Of a DNA stretch of 64,000 nt, positions 42,577-53,688 are shown piece by piece. Within the stretch, counting starts at the first letter, position 1; each line of letters begins with the position of its first letter. The position numbers were made by a program, and so were the translations under genes. The stretch covers positions 183,056 through 247,055 of the forward strand of contig CAWGKG010000005.1 in the NCBI GenBank assembly GCA_963823035.1, in the 5' to 3' direction. Source of the stretch: an uncultured Gemmatimonadales bacterium (lineage in GTDB: Bacteria > Gemmatimonadota > Gemmatimonadetes > Longimicrobiales > Gaopeijiaceae). The notes beneath the pieces were generated by a model. The model searched no databases and was not told the DNA's origin. It saw only the letters and a program-made list of their open reading frames with translations.

Positions 42577-43619
42577 GCCTCTCCCGCATCGAGGCGCTGC
42601 TCGAGGCCGTGGCCCACGTGCGCGTGCTCGTGGTCGGCGACGTCATGCTCGACCGCTACATCACCGGGTCCGTGGACCGCATCTCGCCCGAGGCGCCGGT
42701 GCCGGTGGTGCGCGTCGAGAGCGAGGCATCCGCGCTCGGCGGCGCCGCGAACGTCGCCGCAAACGTGGCCGCGCTGGGCGCGAGGTGCGTGGTGGTGGGC
42801 TGCGCCGGGCGGGACGCCGACGGTGAGGTCCTGCGCCACGAGCTGGAGGCGCTGGGCGTCGGAACGGACGGACTCGTCCTCACCGAGGAGCGGCCGACCA
42901 CGGTCAAGACGCGGATCCTCGCGCGGCGTCAGCAGGTGGTTCGCTTCGACCACGAGGTCGAGGCCGACGCCTCGCCGGGGCTCGCCGAGGCGCTCGCCCG
43001 CACGGTCGCCTCGGTGGGCGCGGACGTCGACGTCGTGGTCATGGAGGACTACAACAAGGGCGTGCTCGTTCCGGGCGTGATCCGGGTCGCGTTGGAGACG
43101 GCGGCGCGGACGGGGTCGCCGACGGTCGTCGATCCGAAGCGGCGGAACTTCTTCGAGTACGCGGGCGCGACGGTCTTCAAGCCGAACGCCAAGGAGCTGG
43201 CGGACGCCCTCGGCGAGTTCATCCACCCCGACGAGGCGCGCTGGATGGAGGCGACCCGCAAGCGGATGGGATGCGCCAACCTCCTGCTCACGCTGGGCGA
43301 GAGCGGGATGGCGCTGCAGACCGCCGCCGGAGCGTACGTGCGCGTCCCCACGGCGGCGCGCGCCGTCTACGACGTATCGGGGGCAGGGGACACGGTCACG
43401 GCGATGATGGCCGTGGCCCTGGCGGCAGGCGCCACCGAGCCGGAGGCCGCCCTCCTCGCCAACCGCGCCGCGGCCATCGAAGTCGGAAAGGCCGGCGTGT
43501 CCACCGTGTCGCCCGAGGAGCTGCTCGAGCACGCCCGCGAGTTCCGCGACGACCACCGCCCCACCGACGCACCGACGGTGCGCCGATCCATCGAAGCCGA
43601 GCGCCAGGAGCCTTCATGA
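42564..43619 (+). CDS. rfaE1: D-glycero-beta-D-manno-heptose-7-phosphate kinase (HldE kinase domain only)
   Basis: GDVMLDRY, RISPEAPVPVV, GGAANVA, DYNKG, DVSGAGDTV. Confidence 0.93.
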   Translation: MERLSLSRIEALLEAVAHVRVLVVGDVMLDRYITGSVDRISPEAPVPVVRVESEASALGGAANVAANVAALGARCVVVGCAGRDADGEVLRHELEALGVGTDGLVLTEERPTTVKTRILARRQQVVRFDHEVEADASPGLAEALARTVASVGADVDVVVMEDYNKGVLVPGVIRVALETAARTGSPTVVDPKRRNFFEYAGATVFKPNAKELADALGEFIHPDEARWMEATRKRMGCANLLLTLGESGMALQTAAGAYVRVPTAARAVYDVSGAGDTVTAMMAVALAAGATEPEAALLANRAAAIEVGKAGVSTVSPEELLEHAREFRDDHRPTDAPTVRRSIEAERQEPS

Positions 43620-44005
43620 GCACGTTCAGGCCGGTCCATACCGACGCCGCCCCCGCGGCCATCGGACCCTACTCGCAGGCGATCGTCACGGACGGATGGA
43701 TCTTCTGCTCCGGGCAGATCCCCCTCGACCCGAAGACCATGGAGGTGGTGGCCGGGGACGTGGCCGCACAGACGGAGCAGGTGCTCACGAACCTGCGTCA
43801 CGTGCTCGAGGCCGCGGGCGGCGCGATGGACACGGTGGTGAAGACGACGGTGTTCCTCGCCGACATGAACGACTTCGCGGCGATGAACGCGGTCTACGCG
43901 ACCCATTTCGGGTCGCACCGCCCCGCCCGGGCCGCCGTTCAGGCGGCCGCGCTCCCCAAGGGTGTCGACGTCGAAATCGAGTGCGTGGCGCGCACGAGAG
44001 GTTGA
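43616..44005 (+). CDS. ridA: RidA/YjgF enamine-imine deaminase
   Basis: APAAIGPYSQA, SGQIPLDP, VVKTTVFL, RPARAAV, LPKGVDVEIE. Confidence 0.93.
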   Translation: MSTFRPVHTDAAPAAIGPYSQAIVTDGWIFCSGQIPLDPKTMEVVAGDVAAQTEQVLTNLRHVLEAAGGAMDTVVKTTVFLADMNDFAAMNAVYATHFGSHRPARAAVQAAALPKGVDVEIECVARTRG

Positions 44006-44037
44006 TCCGTAAGAAGACACGCAGCGTTGGCGTAATG

Positions 44038-44066
44038 TTGCGAGTCTCGATTCGACCCCGTATGAT
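44038..44066 (+). promoter_or_regulatory. sigma70 promoter of the SusC #3 locus
   Basis: TTGCGA-17 bp-TATGAT, about 255 nt upstream of the ATG. Confidence 0.65.
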
Positions 44067-44323
44067 GGCCCGCGCTGGACCTTGAGAAGCCGCGGGTAGG
44101 CCGGCAGAACGCCTCCCAGACCAACCAACCACATAGATCGGGCCGCGGTGCGCTCCCACGTCGGGCGTGCAACCGCGGATTGTGTGATGCGACCGCGTGA
44201 AGGTTCATGCGGGGGTGGTAGGGTCGTGTGGTGGATGAGATCGCACCCTGATGCGGGGCGGGACGCGCCCCGATGTCGATATAGGGTGGTTTTCACGGTC
44301 CAACCCCAACTGGGAGGACGGAA

Positions 44324-47300
44324 ATGATGCGTTCGATGTCAGCACGCCTCACATCCATCGCATGGCGCGGGGGGCTCGCTTGTGCCCTCGCGGCAGCGAT
44401 CGGATGGGCACCCGCTCCGGTCGCGGCCCAGGCAACGGGCACGCTGGTCGGGACGGTACGGGACGCTGCCTCGCAGCGTCCGCTCGAAGCGGTCCAGGTC
44501 TATATCGGAGGGAGCGGAATCGGCGCCCTCACGAACGCGGCCGGACGCTTCCTCATGCTCAACGTCCCCGCGGGCGAGGTCACGCTGGTGGCCGAGCTGG
44601 TGGGGTACAGGGCCGGGTCGCAGACCGTCACGGTCACGGCCGGCGAGTCCGTGGTGGCGAACTTCACGCTCGACCAGACGGCCATCGCGCTCGACCAGAT
44701 CGTGGTCACGGGCGCGGGCATCGCCACCGCCAAGAAGAAGCTCGGCAACACCATCGCCACGGTTGACGCGAGCGAGCTCGAGAACAAGCCGATCGCGAAC
44801 TTCAGCCAGATGATCGCAGGCCGAGAGCCGGGCGTCGTCCTGTCGCCGACCTCGGGCTCCACGGGTGAGGCGTCGCGGATCCGCATCCGTGGCTCCGCGT
44901 CTCTGTCGCAGAGCAACGAGCCGATCGTCTACATCGACGGCGTCCGCATGGACAACTCGGCCATCGGTGGCTCGGGCCAGGGCGTGGCCGGACACCTCGA
45001 CGACATCCCACCCGAGTCGATCGAGCGCATCGAGATCCTGAAGGGCGCCGCCGCGGCGACGCTGTACGGCACGGAGGCGTCCAACGGCGTCATCCAGGTC
45101 TTCACGAAGCGCGGGCGCGCGGGCGCGCCGCGCTTCAGCATGCAGGCCGACGTTTCGGCAATGCGCGAGCCCACGAACCGCATCCTGCCGCTGGCCGACT
45201 TCGCCCGCGACGCGGACGATCAGGCTCGCATCGCCGCCCGCTGGGGCAAGAACGTCGGCCTCTACGAGCCGTTCCAGGAGAACACGATCCCGGACATGTT
45301 CACGACCGGGCTCGCGCAGATGGTCTCCGGGTCGGTCCAGGGTGGCTCGGACGCGTTCCAGTACTTCGTCTCGGGGCGGTACGCACACGAGAACGGCGCG
45401 TTCGACTCGCAGCAGAACTTCCCGGTGCTCAACGACTTCAAGGCCGAGACGGACATCGACAAGCGCTACTCGCTGACCGCGAACTTCACGGTCATCCCGA
45501 GCAGCAAGATCCGCCTCGGCGTGAGCACGCTCTACTCGGACCTGGAGCACCACACGCCGGACAACGGGAACAACATCTACGGCGTGTTCTCGAGCATGAT
45601 GATGTCCCAGCTCCGCTCGGCCGACGCGGACAACCTGTACGGCGCACCGGCGTTCGGCACCACGCGCGAGTTCATGTACAAGCAGAACGTGGCGTACTCG
45701 AACCACTTCGCCGGCAGCGCGACGCTCGGCTTCACGCCCACGGATGAGTTCCGCCTCGACGCGACGTTCGGCGTGGACTTCTCCGCGGACAACTCGGTCG
45801 TACTTCCAGCCCTACGCGTACAACGTGGACGGGTTTACCTCGTCCGACGTGGACGGCAGCCGGGACGCGAGCGAGCGGCGCACGCGCGAGATCACGGCGG
45901 ACCTGAAGGGCTCGCACGTCAAGCGCTTCGGGAATATCGAGAACACGTTCCTGTTCGGCGGCCAGGGCTTCATCCGCCAGCAGCAGAACACGGGCGGCGG
46001 CGGCACAGGACTTCCCGGGCCCCGGCCTGGAGACGCTTTCGGCGCTCGCCTCACCGTACACGTACGAGTGGTGGCTGCGCGTCACGCAGATCGGTGGGTA
46101 CCTGCAGGATCAGCTCGGCATCAACGACTGGATCTTCGCTACGGTCGGCGGACGCTGGGACGCGAACTCCGCGTTCGGTGAGAACTTCAGCACCGCGTTC
46201 TACCCGAAGGCGTCGATCTCCATCGTGCCCAGCCAGGGCCTCGGCTGGTCGAACAGCATGGTCTCGACGCTGCGCTTCCGCAGCGCGATCGGGAAGTCGG
46301 GCCTGCAGCCCGGCGCGTTCGACAAGTTCACCACCTTCTCGCCGCTGCCCTCCGAGTTGGGCCCGGGCGTCCAGCCCTCGAACCTCGGCAACGACGACCT
46401 CAAGCCCGAGGTGTCCACGGAGTTCGAGATCGGGGCCGAGATGGGCCTGTTCAACGACCGCGCGTCGTTGGACGTGACGTACTGGAACCGGAAGGTGACG
46501 GACGCGATGGTCGACCGTCAGTTCCCGGTCTCCGGCGGCTTCCGTGCGAACCAGCTCGACAACATCGGTGAGATGCAGGCGCACGGCCTCGAGGTGAACC
46601 TGCGCGGTACCGTGATCCAGCGCGAGGGCTTCTCGCTCAACATGTTCGCCAACACGGCGTACCTGCACGAGGAGATCACCGACATGGGCGGCGCCCCGTC
46701 GCTGAAGACGGGCGGATCGTACCCGCGCTACCGGAACTACCTGACCCAGGGCTACGCGCCAGGCGCGTTCTTCGGCGCGAAGATCCCGGACAACCTCCAG
46801 TACCCGATCAACATCGACGGGAGCTGCGTCGAGCCAACAAGGGAAGCCCTGCTGGCGTACTTCAGCGAGCCCCGTGACCCGAGCGGCTTCAAGCCGCTCG
46901 TGTACGGCACGGACGCCTCGCAACAACACGCTCGGCGACATCGTTCCGGGCGCGCTGGCGTCGAACAACTGCGGCGACGGCCTGTCGCCGATCGAGACGT
47001 ACCTCGGCAAGCCCACGCCGGACTTCGCCGGCTCGTTCGGCTTCAACGCTGCATTCGGCGGGAGCTGGGAGCTGTCGACGCTCTTCGAGTACAAGGTGGG
47101 CAACTACTTCGTCGAGGATCTGTCCGGCATGTTCCGGCGGGCCAACTCCGTGATCGGGCGGAACACGCCGCGCGCCGCGGAGCTGAACTCGATCCTGCAG
47201 AACCCGGCCTCGACCGCCGAGCAGCGTCTCGACGCGGCCGTCGCGTGGGAGCGTGAGGTCGAGGGGCTGTCTCCCATGTCCGGCCTCAACGGCGTCTACG

Positions 47301-47588
47301 ACGCGAGCTGGATCCGGTGGCGCGAGCTGTCGCTCAGCTACAGGATGCCCACCGACCTGATCGAGCGCATGGGGCTGTCGACCGCCACGATCAACCTGGG
47401 TGTGCGCAACCTCCAGCTCTTCATGCTGGGCGACTACACCGGGCATGGACCCGGAAGGCAACGTGATCGGAAAGCAGAGTCCGAGCCCAGGCCAGTCCAA
47501 TCTGGACTCGAACTTCCTCGATTCGACCGAGGGGTGGAATATCCCGATTCCGCGTCGCTTCACCTTCTCCACCCGCGTGACGTTCTGA
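44324..47588 (+). CDS. SusC/RagA-family TonB-dependent receptor #3 (frameshifts ~45800, ~46010, ~46920, ~47445)
   Basis: RBS GGAGG; plug motif identical to SusC #1; LGNDDLKPE; C-terminal FSTRVTF. Confidence 0.9.
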
Positions 47589-47602
47589 GGAGGGCGGAGA
47601 CC

Positions 47603-48923
47603 ATGACGAGACTCATCAAGACTTCCGGAACGGTCCTGGCGGCCACGCTGACGATGTCGGCGTGCGGGCTGCTGGACGTGAACAACCCCAACAACCTGGT
47701 CGAAACGTCCATCGAGCAGACCTCCGCGGCCACAGCCGTGGTCAACGGCTCGCAGGCACTGGCTGCCCAGGCGATCGGCTACATCTGGTCGCCGCTGCTG
47801 GTGGCGTCGGACGAGTTCTCCTGGATCGGGTCCCGCGACGCATGGGGCTCGCTCGATCAGGGCTTCGTCGTCCGATGCGTCCAACGAGTTCACGGACGCC
47901 GCCTACCCCTATCTCGCGCAGGCTCGCTGGATGGCCGACCGAGCCGGTGACGATCCTGGAGGGGCACGTCGCCGAGGACCCGTCGTTCGCGGGCGAGCTG
48001 GCCCGTGCCCACCTCTACGCCGGCATGGTCTACATGATCGTCGGCGAGGTACAGCAGGACTTCACGATCTCGGACAAGCGTGAATCGGGCCCCCCGGTCG
48101 GGCCGGAGATGATGTACACGATGCTCGACCAGGCCATCACGCACCTGGATGCCGCGATCACGGGCACGAGCGACGCCGACATCAAGCTGCAGGCGATGGC
48201 CATTCGTGCGCGGGCGAAGCAGTCCCGCGCCATATGGGACAAGATCAAGCCGTCACCCAACACTGGGAGATCCGCTCGTGCAGTCCGCGGGCGCCGTATC
48301 GGACGCGCTCGCCGTGATCGGCATGGCGGGCGGCGTCACGGCCGACTGGAACTACGATCTCCACTACTCGGCCAGCACGATCGGCAACGACCTGGCGTTC
48401 GAGGCCAACAGCCGTAAGGAGAACCAGGTCGACAAGAGCCTGGTGACCCTCACGTCCGACAACGACATCGATCAGATCGCGATCATGGACCCGATCGACA
48501 ACGTGCCGGATCCGGCCTTCCAGCGGATCCTGGCGCACTTCAAGGACGGCGCATTCAACAGCAAAGGCAGCCAGTACGCCCCCAACACGATCGCGTCGAC
48601 CCGGCTGATGCACCTGATCGTGGCGGAAGACGCCCTCGCCAAGGGCGACATGGCTGGCGTTCACGACGCACATCAACCACGTGCGTGCCATGGACGGCCT
48701 GACCCCGTACTCGGGTCAGATGGACGCGATGGCGCTCCTGCAGCACGAGCGCCGCATCAACACGTTCGCGATGGGGCTGCGCCTCTCGGACATGTACCGC
48801 TTCGGGGTCACCGATCCGAAGTGGCAGAGCGTGTCCGATGCCATCAAGGCCCCGGGAACGCTCCTTCCGATCACGCTGGTCGAGGTGCGGGCGAACTGCT
48901 ACCTGAACGGACTGGGCTGCTAG
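47603..48923 (+). CDS. SusD/RagB-family lipoprotein #3 (about 4 frameshifts)
   Basis: Lipobox MSAC, VNNPNN, WIGSRDAW, RLMHLIVAE, HERRINTF..GLRLSDMYRF, LLPIT. Confidence 0.87.
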
Positions 48924-48949
48924 TCGAGAGCCTCCTTCAGGGGTAACCG

Positions 48950-48995
48950 AAGGCGGGCGCACCCGTACTCCATGTGCGGGTGCGCCTCGCCTTTT
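48950..48995 (+). terminator. Rho-independent terminator
   Basis: AGGCGGGCGCACCCG...CGGGTGCGCCTCGCC followed by TTTT. Confidence 0.7.
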
Positions 48996-49022
48996 CCCCC
49001 AGGGACCACCAATTTGCCGACC

Positions 49023-49457
49023 ATGCGACCATACCTTCGAGATGGGCTGGCCTGCCTCGCCCTCGTCGCGTGGGGCACCGGGTGCTCGATCTTCGACGAC
49101 CCCTCCCCGCACGACATCTCCGTCCGTCTCACCGGAGACGCGGCGGTCGAGATCATCCTCTCGAAGCGGTTCGTCGCGGGGGTGGACGAGGCGGGCAACA
49201 CCCAGGTCCAGGTGTTCGGCGCCGACACCCTCTACCGGACGCTCCCCGTCGACACGGTGATCAACGTGGAGGTGGATCGGCGCCTCTTCGTGCAGGTCAC
49301 GCCACAGGGCGTCGACAAGGCCACGCTGGGAGCCCGCGTGGACGTCGACGCGCGCAATGTGGTCAGCGACTCGGGTGACGTCTTCGCCTCCGACCCCTGG
49401 CGATACGTCTACCTCTTCAACCAGCAGGTGACCCGCATCGTGGACGTGGTATTCTGA
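49023..49457 (+). CDS. Hypothetical lipoprotein
   Basis: MRPYLRDGLACLALVAWGTGC lipobox; stop overlaps the next start. Confidence 0.65.
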   Translation: MRPYLRDGLACLALVAWGTGCSIFDDPSPHDISVRLTGDAAVEIILSKRFVAGVDEAGNTQVQVFGADTLYRTLPVDTVINVEVDRRLFVQVTPQGVDKATLGARVDVDARNVVSDSGDVFASDPWRYVYLFNQQVTRIVDVVF

Positions 49458-49959
49458 TGAAGTCATCCGTCCTCTCCGGACTGTTCGTCGTCCTGGGCGC
49501 CGCGGCCCTGAGCGGCTGTTATTCCTACGTTCCGGTGGAGCGGCCCACGCCCGGAAGCGTGGTGCGCATCGAGGTTCCCGTACGCTCTGCGGTGGTGGGC
49601 ACGACGCGGCAGGAGGAGACGGCCTCGATGGAGGGCACGGTCGCTGACCGCGGGAGACTCCCTCGTGCTCCAGATCGAGTCGCTCGCAGGCGAGCTGGGC
49701 AACTTCCGGCGAGATCCGGTCGGTGGACACGCTCCGTGTCGCGCGAGCCGATCTGGTCGGGGTCAGCACGCGCTCGTTCTCGAAGCCGAAGACGATCGCG
49801 CTCACGGCGGTGATCGCGGGCGCTACGATCGGGCTCGCGGTGGCCGCTCTGGGTGTGGGCGGCGGCAGCCAGGGCGGGGGGCGCCCCAATCCCGGGACCG
49901 GCTCGTCGATCGTCGTCAAGCCGATCTTGTCGGCGCTCCTCCACGCCCTGGGCCGCTGA
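49457..49959 (+). CDS. Hypothetical lipoprotein with a C-terminal TM segment (frameshifted)
   Basis: LSGCYSYVPV; continues as DTLRV...KTIALTAVIAGATIGLAVAALG. Confidence 0.6.
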
Positions 49960-50137
49960 GGCGGGGTTCTTTCTCCGGCGGGACGGCACGCGCCCTCCCG
50001 CCATCTTCGGGAGCCGCGGGACCCACCCGAGGCGCGGAGCGCGGCCGCTTGCGCCAGCCTGCGCGCCGATCTAGGCTCCCCGTCCCGGGTCCGACCTCGG
50101 GCCGTGCTTCGCCCCTTCAGGTACAGGTTCTTCCATC

Positions 50138-53100
50138 ATGAGCAGATTCGTCCATGCCCTCCCGTCCACGGCGCTGGCCCTGGCGGCGATCGCGCTGGGC
50201 ATGCCCGACCACGCCGCGGCCCAGCAGTACGACGAGGCGCTGTACGGCTCCCTGCAGTGGAACATGGTGGGGCCCTCCCGGGGAGGCCGCTCCACCGCAG
50301 CGGCGGGCAGCGCATCCCGCCCCAACGAGTACTACTTCGGCGCGACGGGTGGAGGCCTGTGGAAGACCACGGACGGCGGCCAGACCTGGCGGCCGATGAC
50401 CGACGGGAAGATCGACGCCTCCTCGGTGGCCGCTGTGGGTGTGTGCGAGGCGAATCCGGACGTGGTGTACATCGGCACGGGCGAGACCGAGCTGCGCGGC
50501 AACATCATGCAGGGCAACGGCGTCTACAAGACCACGGACGCCGGGAAGACGTGGACGCACATCGGCCTCGAGCCGACCCAGAGCATCGCGAAGATCGTGG
50601 TCCGACCCGGACAACTGCGACGTCGCGTGGGTGGCCGCGCTGGGCGTGCACTCCGCCCCGAATCCGGAGCGTGGGGTCTTCAAGACGACCGACGGCGGCA
50701 CGACCTGGCGCAAGGTCCTCTTCAAGAGCGACAAGGCCGGGGCGATCGACCTGGAGATGGACCCGAACCACCCCGACGTGCTCTACGCCTCGATCTGGGA
50801 AGCGTGGCGCAAGAGCTGGGGGGCGTCCTCGGGCGGCCCGGACTCGGGGCTGTGGAAGTCCACGGACGGCGGCGAGCACTGGCAGGACATCACCTCCACG
50901 CTCGGCCTGGAGCCGGCCCGTCCGATCGGCAAGATCGGCGTGGCGGTCTCGGGCGCCAACTCCAACCGCGTCTGGGTGCTGGTCGAGCACGAGCCGGAGG
51001 GCGGCGTGTACCGCTCGGACGACGCCGGCCGTACCTGGGAGCGGATGAACGACGAGCGCAAGCTCCGGCAGCGCGCCTTCTACTACAGCCGCATCTACGC
51101 CGATCCGAAGAACGAGGACGTGGTGTACGCCCTCAACACCGGCTTCTACAAGTCGACGGACGGCGGCAAGACCTTCCCCACGCAGTTCCGCGTGCCGCAC
51201 GGGGACAACCACGACCTGTGGATCGCCTCGAACGACCCCGACCGGATGATCAACGCCAACGACGGCGGCGCGAACGTCTCGGTCAACGGCGGACAGACGT
51301 GGACGGACCAGGACTTCCCGACGGCCCAGTTCTACCGGGTGATCACGACGAACCACGAGCCCTACCACATCTGCGGCGCGCAGCAGGACAACTCCACCGT
51401 GTGCATCCCGTCCGGGGGGTGGGACTTCAAGACCGCCGGCAACGAGTACTTCTACGCGGTGGGCGGTGGCGAGAGCGGCTACATCGCCCCGAAGCCGAAC
51501 AACCCGAACATCTTCTACGCCGGGTCGTACGGCGGAGCCCTCACGCGCTTCGACTACGCGACGGGGGACATGCGGGCGGTCAACGTCTGGCCGGACAACC
51601 CCATGGGTTGGTCGTCCGTGGACATCGACGAGCGCGCCCAGTGGACGTACCCGATCGTCTTCGACCACCACGACCCCGACCTCCTCTACACGGGCACGCA
51701 GCGCGTCTGGCGCACGCACAACGGCGGGCAGAGCTGGGAGGCGATCAGCGAAGACCTGACGCGCCACGACCCCAGCACGATGGGCGCCTCCGGCGGTCCG
51801 ATCACGAAGGACCAGACGGGCGTGGAGACGTACGCGACGATCTTCGCGCTCGCCCCGTCCTATCAGGACGCCGACGTCCTCTGGTCGGGCTCGGACGACG
51901 GCTACGTGTTCGTGACGCGCAACGCCACTTCGGCGAGCCCCACGTGGCAGAACGTCACGCCGAAGGACGCGCCGGACTTCGTGCGCATCAACACGATCGA
52001 GGCCTCGCCGACCACGGCGGGGAAGGCCTACGTGTCGGGCATCCGCTACCTCGTGGACAACGACCGGCACCCCTACATCTGGAAGACCACGGACTACGGT
52101 ACAGACCTGGACGCGCATCGACGCCGGGATCCCGGAGGACGACTTCGTCCGCGCCGTGCGTGAGGACCCGAGCCGCGCAGGGCTGCTGTACGCCGCGTCG
52201 GAGACCACCGTCTACGTCTCCTGGGACGACGGGGCGCACTGGCAGCCGCTCACGATGAACCTCCCCAACACGCAGGTCTCGGACCTGGTGGTGGAGGACC
52301 ACGACCTGGTGATCGGCACGCACGGCCGCTCGTTCTGGGTGATGCGCAACATCGACCTCCTGCGTCAGATGAACGCCGAGGTGGCGGCGGCCGACTTCTG
52401 GCTCTTCGATCCGAAGGACCCGGTCCAGGAGTTCGACAACACCGCGGACGTCTTCTACTACCTGAAGGACAACGCCGAGAAGGTGACCGTCGAGATCCTC
52501 GACGCCTCCGGCAGCGTGATCGGCTCGTACGAGTCGGCCGAGAGGACGACGAGGAGGCGGAGGAGAGCCCGGGCGGCGGAGGCTTCTTCGGCCGCGGCGC
52601 GCCCCAGAAGCCCTCCAAGATGAAGGGATCCAACCGCTTCGGCTGGAACATGCGCACCGAGGGGTGGACGGACTTCGACGGCCGCATCTTCTGGGCGGCC
52701 GGGCCCGTCGGGCCGTCGGTGGTGCCGGGACGCTACCAGGTCCGCCTCACGGTCGACGGCGCGACTCAGACGCGCGACTTCGAGGTGAAGATCAACCCGA
52801 GGGCCGCGGAGGAGGGCGTGACGGTCGCCGACCTTCGGGCCAAGCACGACTTCGCTGCGCGCGTCCGTGACCGCGTCACCGACGCGAACCAGGCGGTCAT
52901 CCGCATGCGCGCGATCAAGGAGCAGGTGGACGACCGGCTGTCGAAGAGCGACAACGGGGAGCTGCAGTCGCTCGCCGGGACGGTGAAGGACCGCCTGAGC
53001 GGCGTCGAGTCCGAGATCTACCAGGTGAAGAACCAGTCCAACCAGGACCCGCTCAACTACCCGATCCGGCTGAACAACAAGCTCGCCGCGCTCCTCAACC

Positions 53101-53288
53101 TGGTGGAGGGCGCGTACCACAGGCCCACGGACCAGTCGTACCAGGTGTTCGACGAGCTCTCCGGCAAGCTCGGAACCGAGGTGGATCAGATGAACCTCGT
53201 CATCACGCAGGACCTGGCCCGGCTCAACGAGCTCCTCAGGGAGCTGGGGCTCGACCCCATCGACACGGAGCGTCTCATCAGCGAGTGA
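50138..53288 (+). CDS. VPS10/BNR-repeat glycosyl-hydrolase-like secreted protein (frameshifts ~50600, ~52100, ~52545)
   Basis: GPSRGGRS; many KTTDGGxTW Asp-boxes; RQRAFYY, HGDNHDLW, GAQQDN, GGGESG, THGRSFW. Confidence 0.88.
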
Positions 53289-53303
53289 CCATCGCAACGT
53301 GCG

Positions 53304-53676
53304 GTGCGGCGGCTCCTCCCGGCCGCGCTCTTGATGGTGGCCGTGTCGGGCTGCGTGGCGACCACGGCTCGCGACCCCTTCAGCGGGCCCGACTCGTCCA
53401 TGAGCCAGATCCGGGTGTACATCGAGAACCGCGGCTTCACGGACGTGCGCGTGTACGCGCGCACGTCCCGCGGTCAGGAGTTCCTCGGGACAACTGGGCG
53501 GCAACGCCCACCTCACGGTCGACCTGAACTGGAGGGAGCTCGACCAGATCGGCTTCCGCATCGAGGTGGTGGCGGGGCGGACCTACTCCACCGAGTCGGT
53601 CGCCGTGGCGGCGGGCCAGCGGGTCGAGCTGATCATCCCCGACGACCCGCGCCAGGCGATCGTCCGCCGGGGTTAG
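53304..53676 (+). CDS. Hypothetical small lipoprotein (frameshift ~53495)
   Basis: MRRLLPAALLMVAVSGC; VYIENRGFTDVRVY; C-terminus in a second frame ending TAG at 53676. Confidence 0.55.
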
Positions 53677-53688
53677 GCCCCGGCGGGC

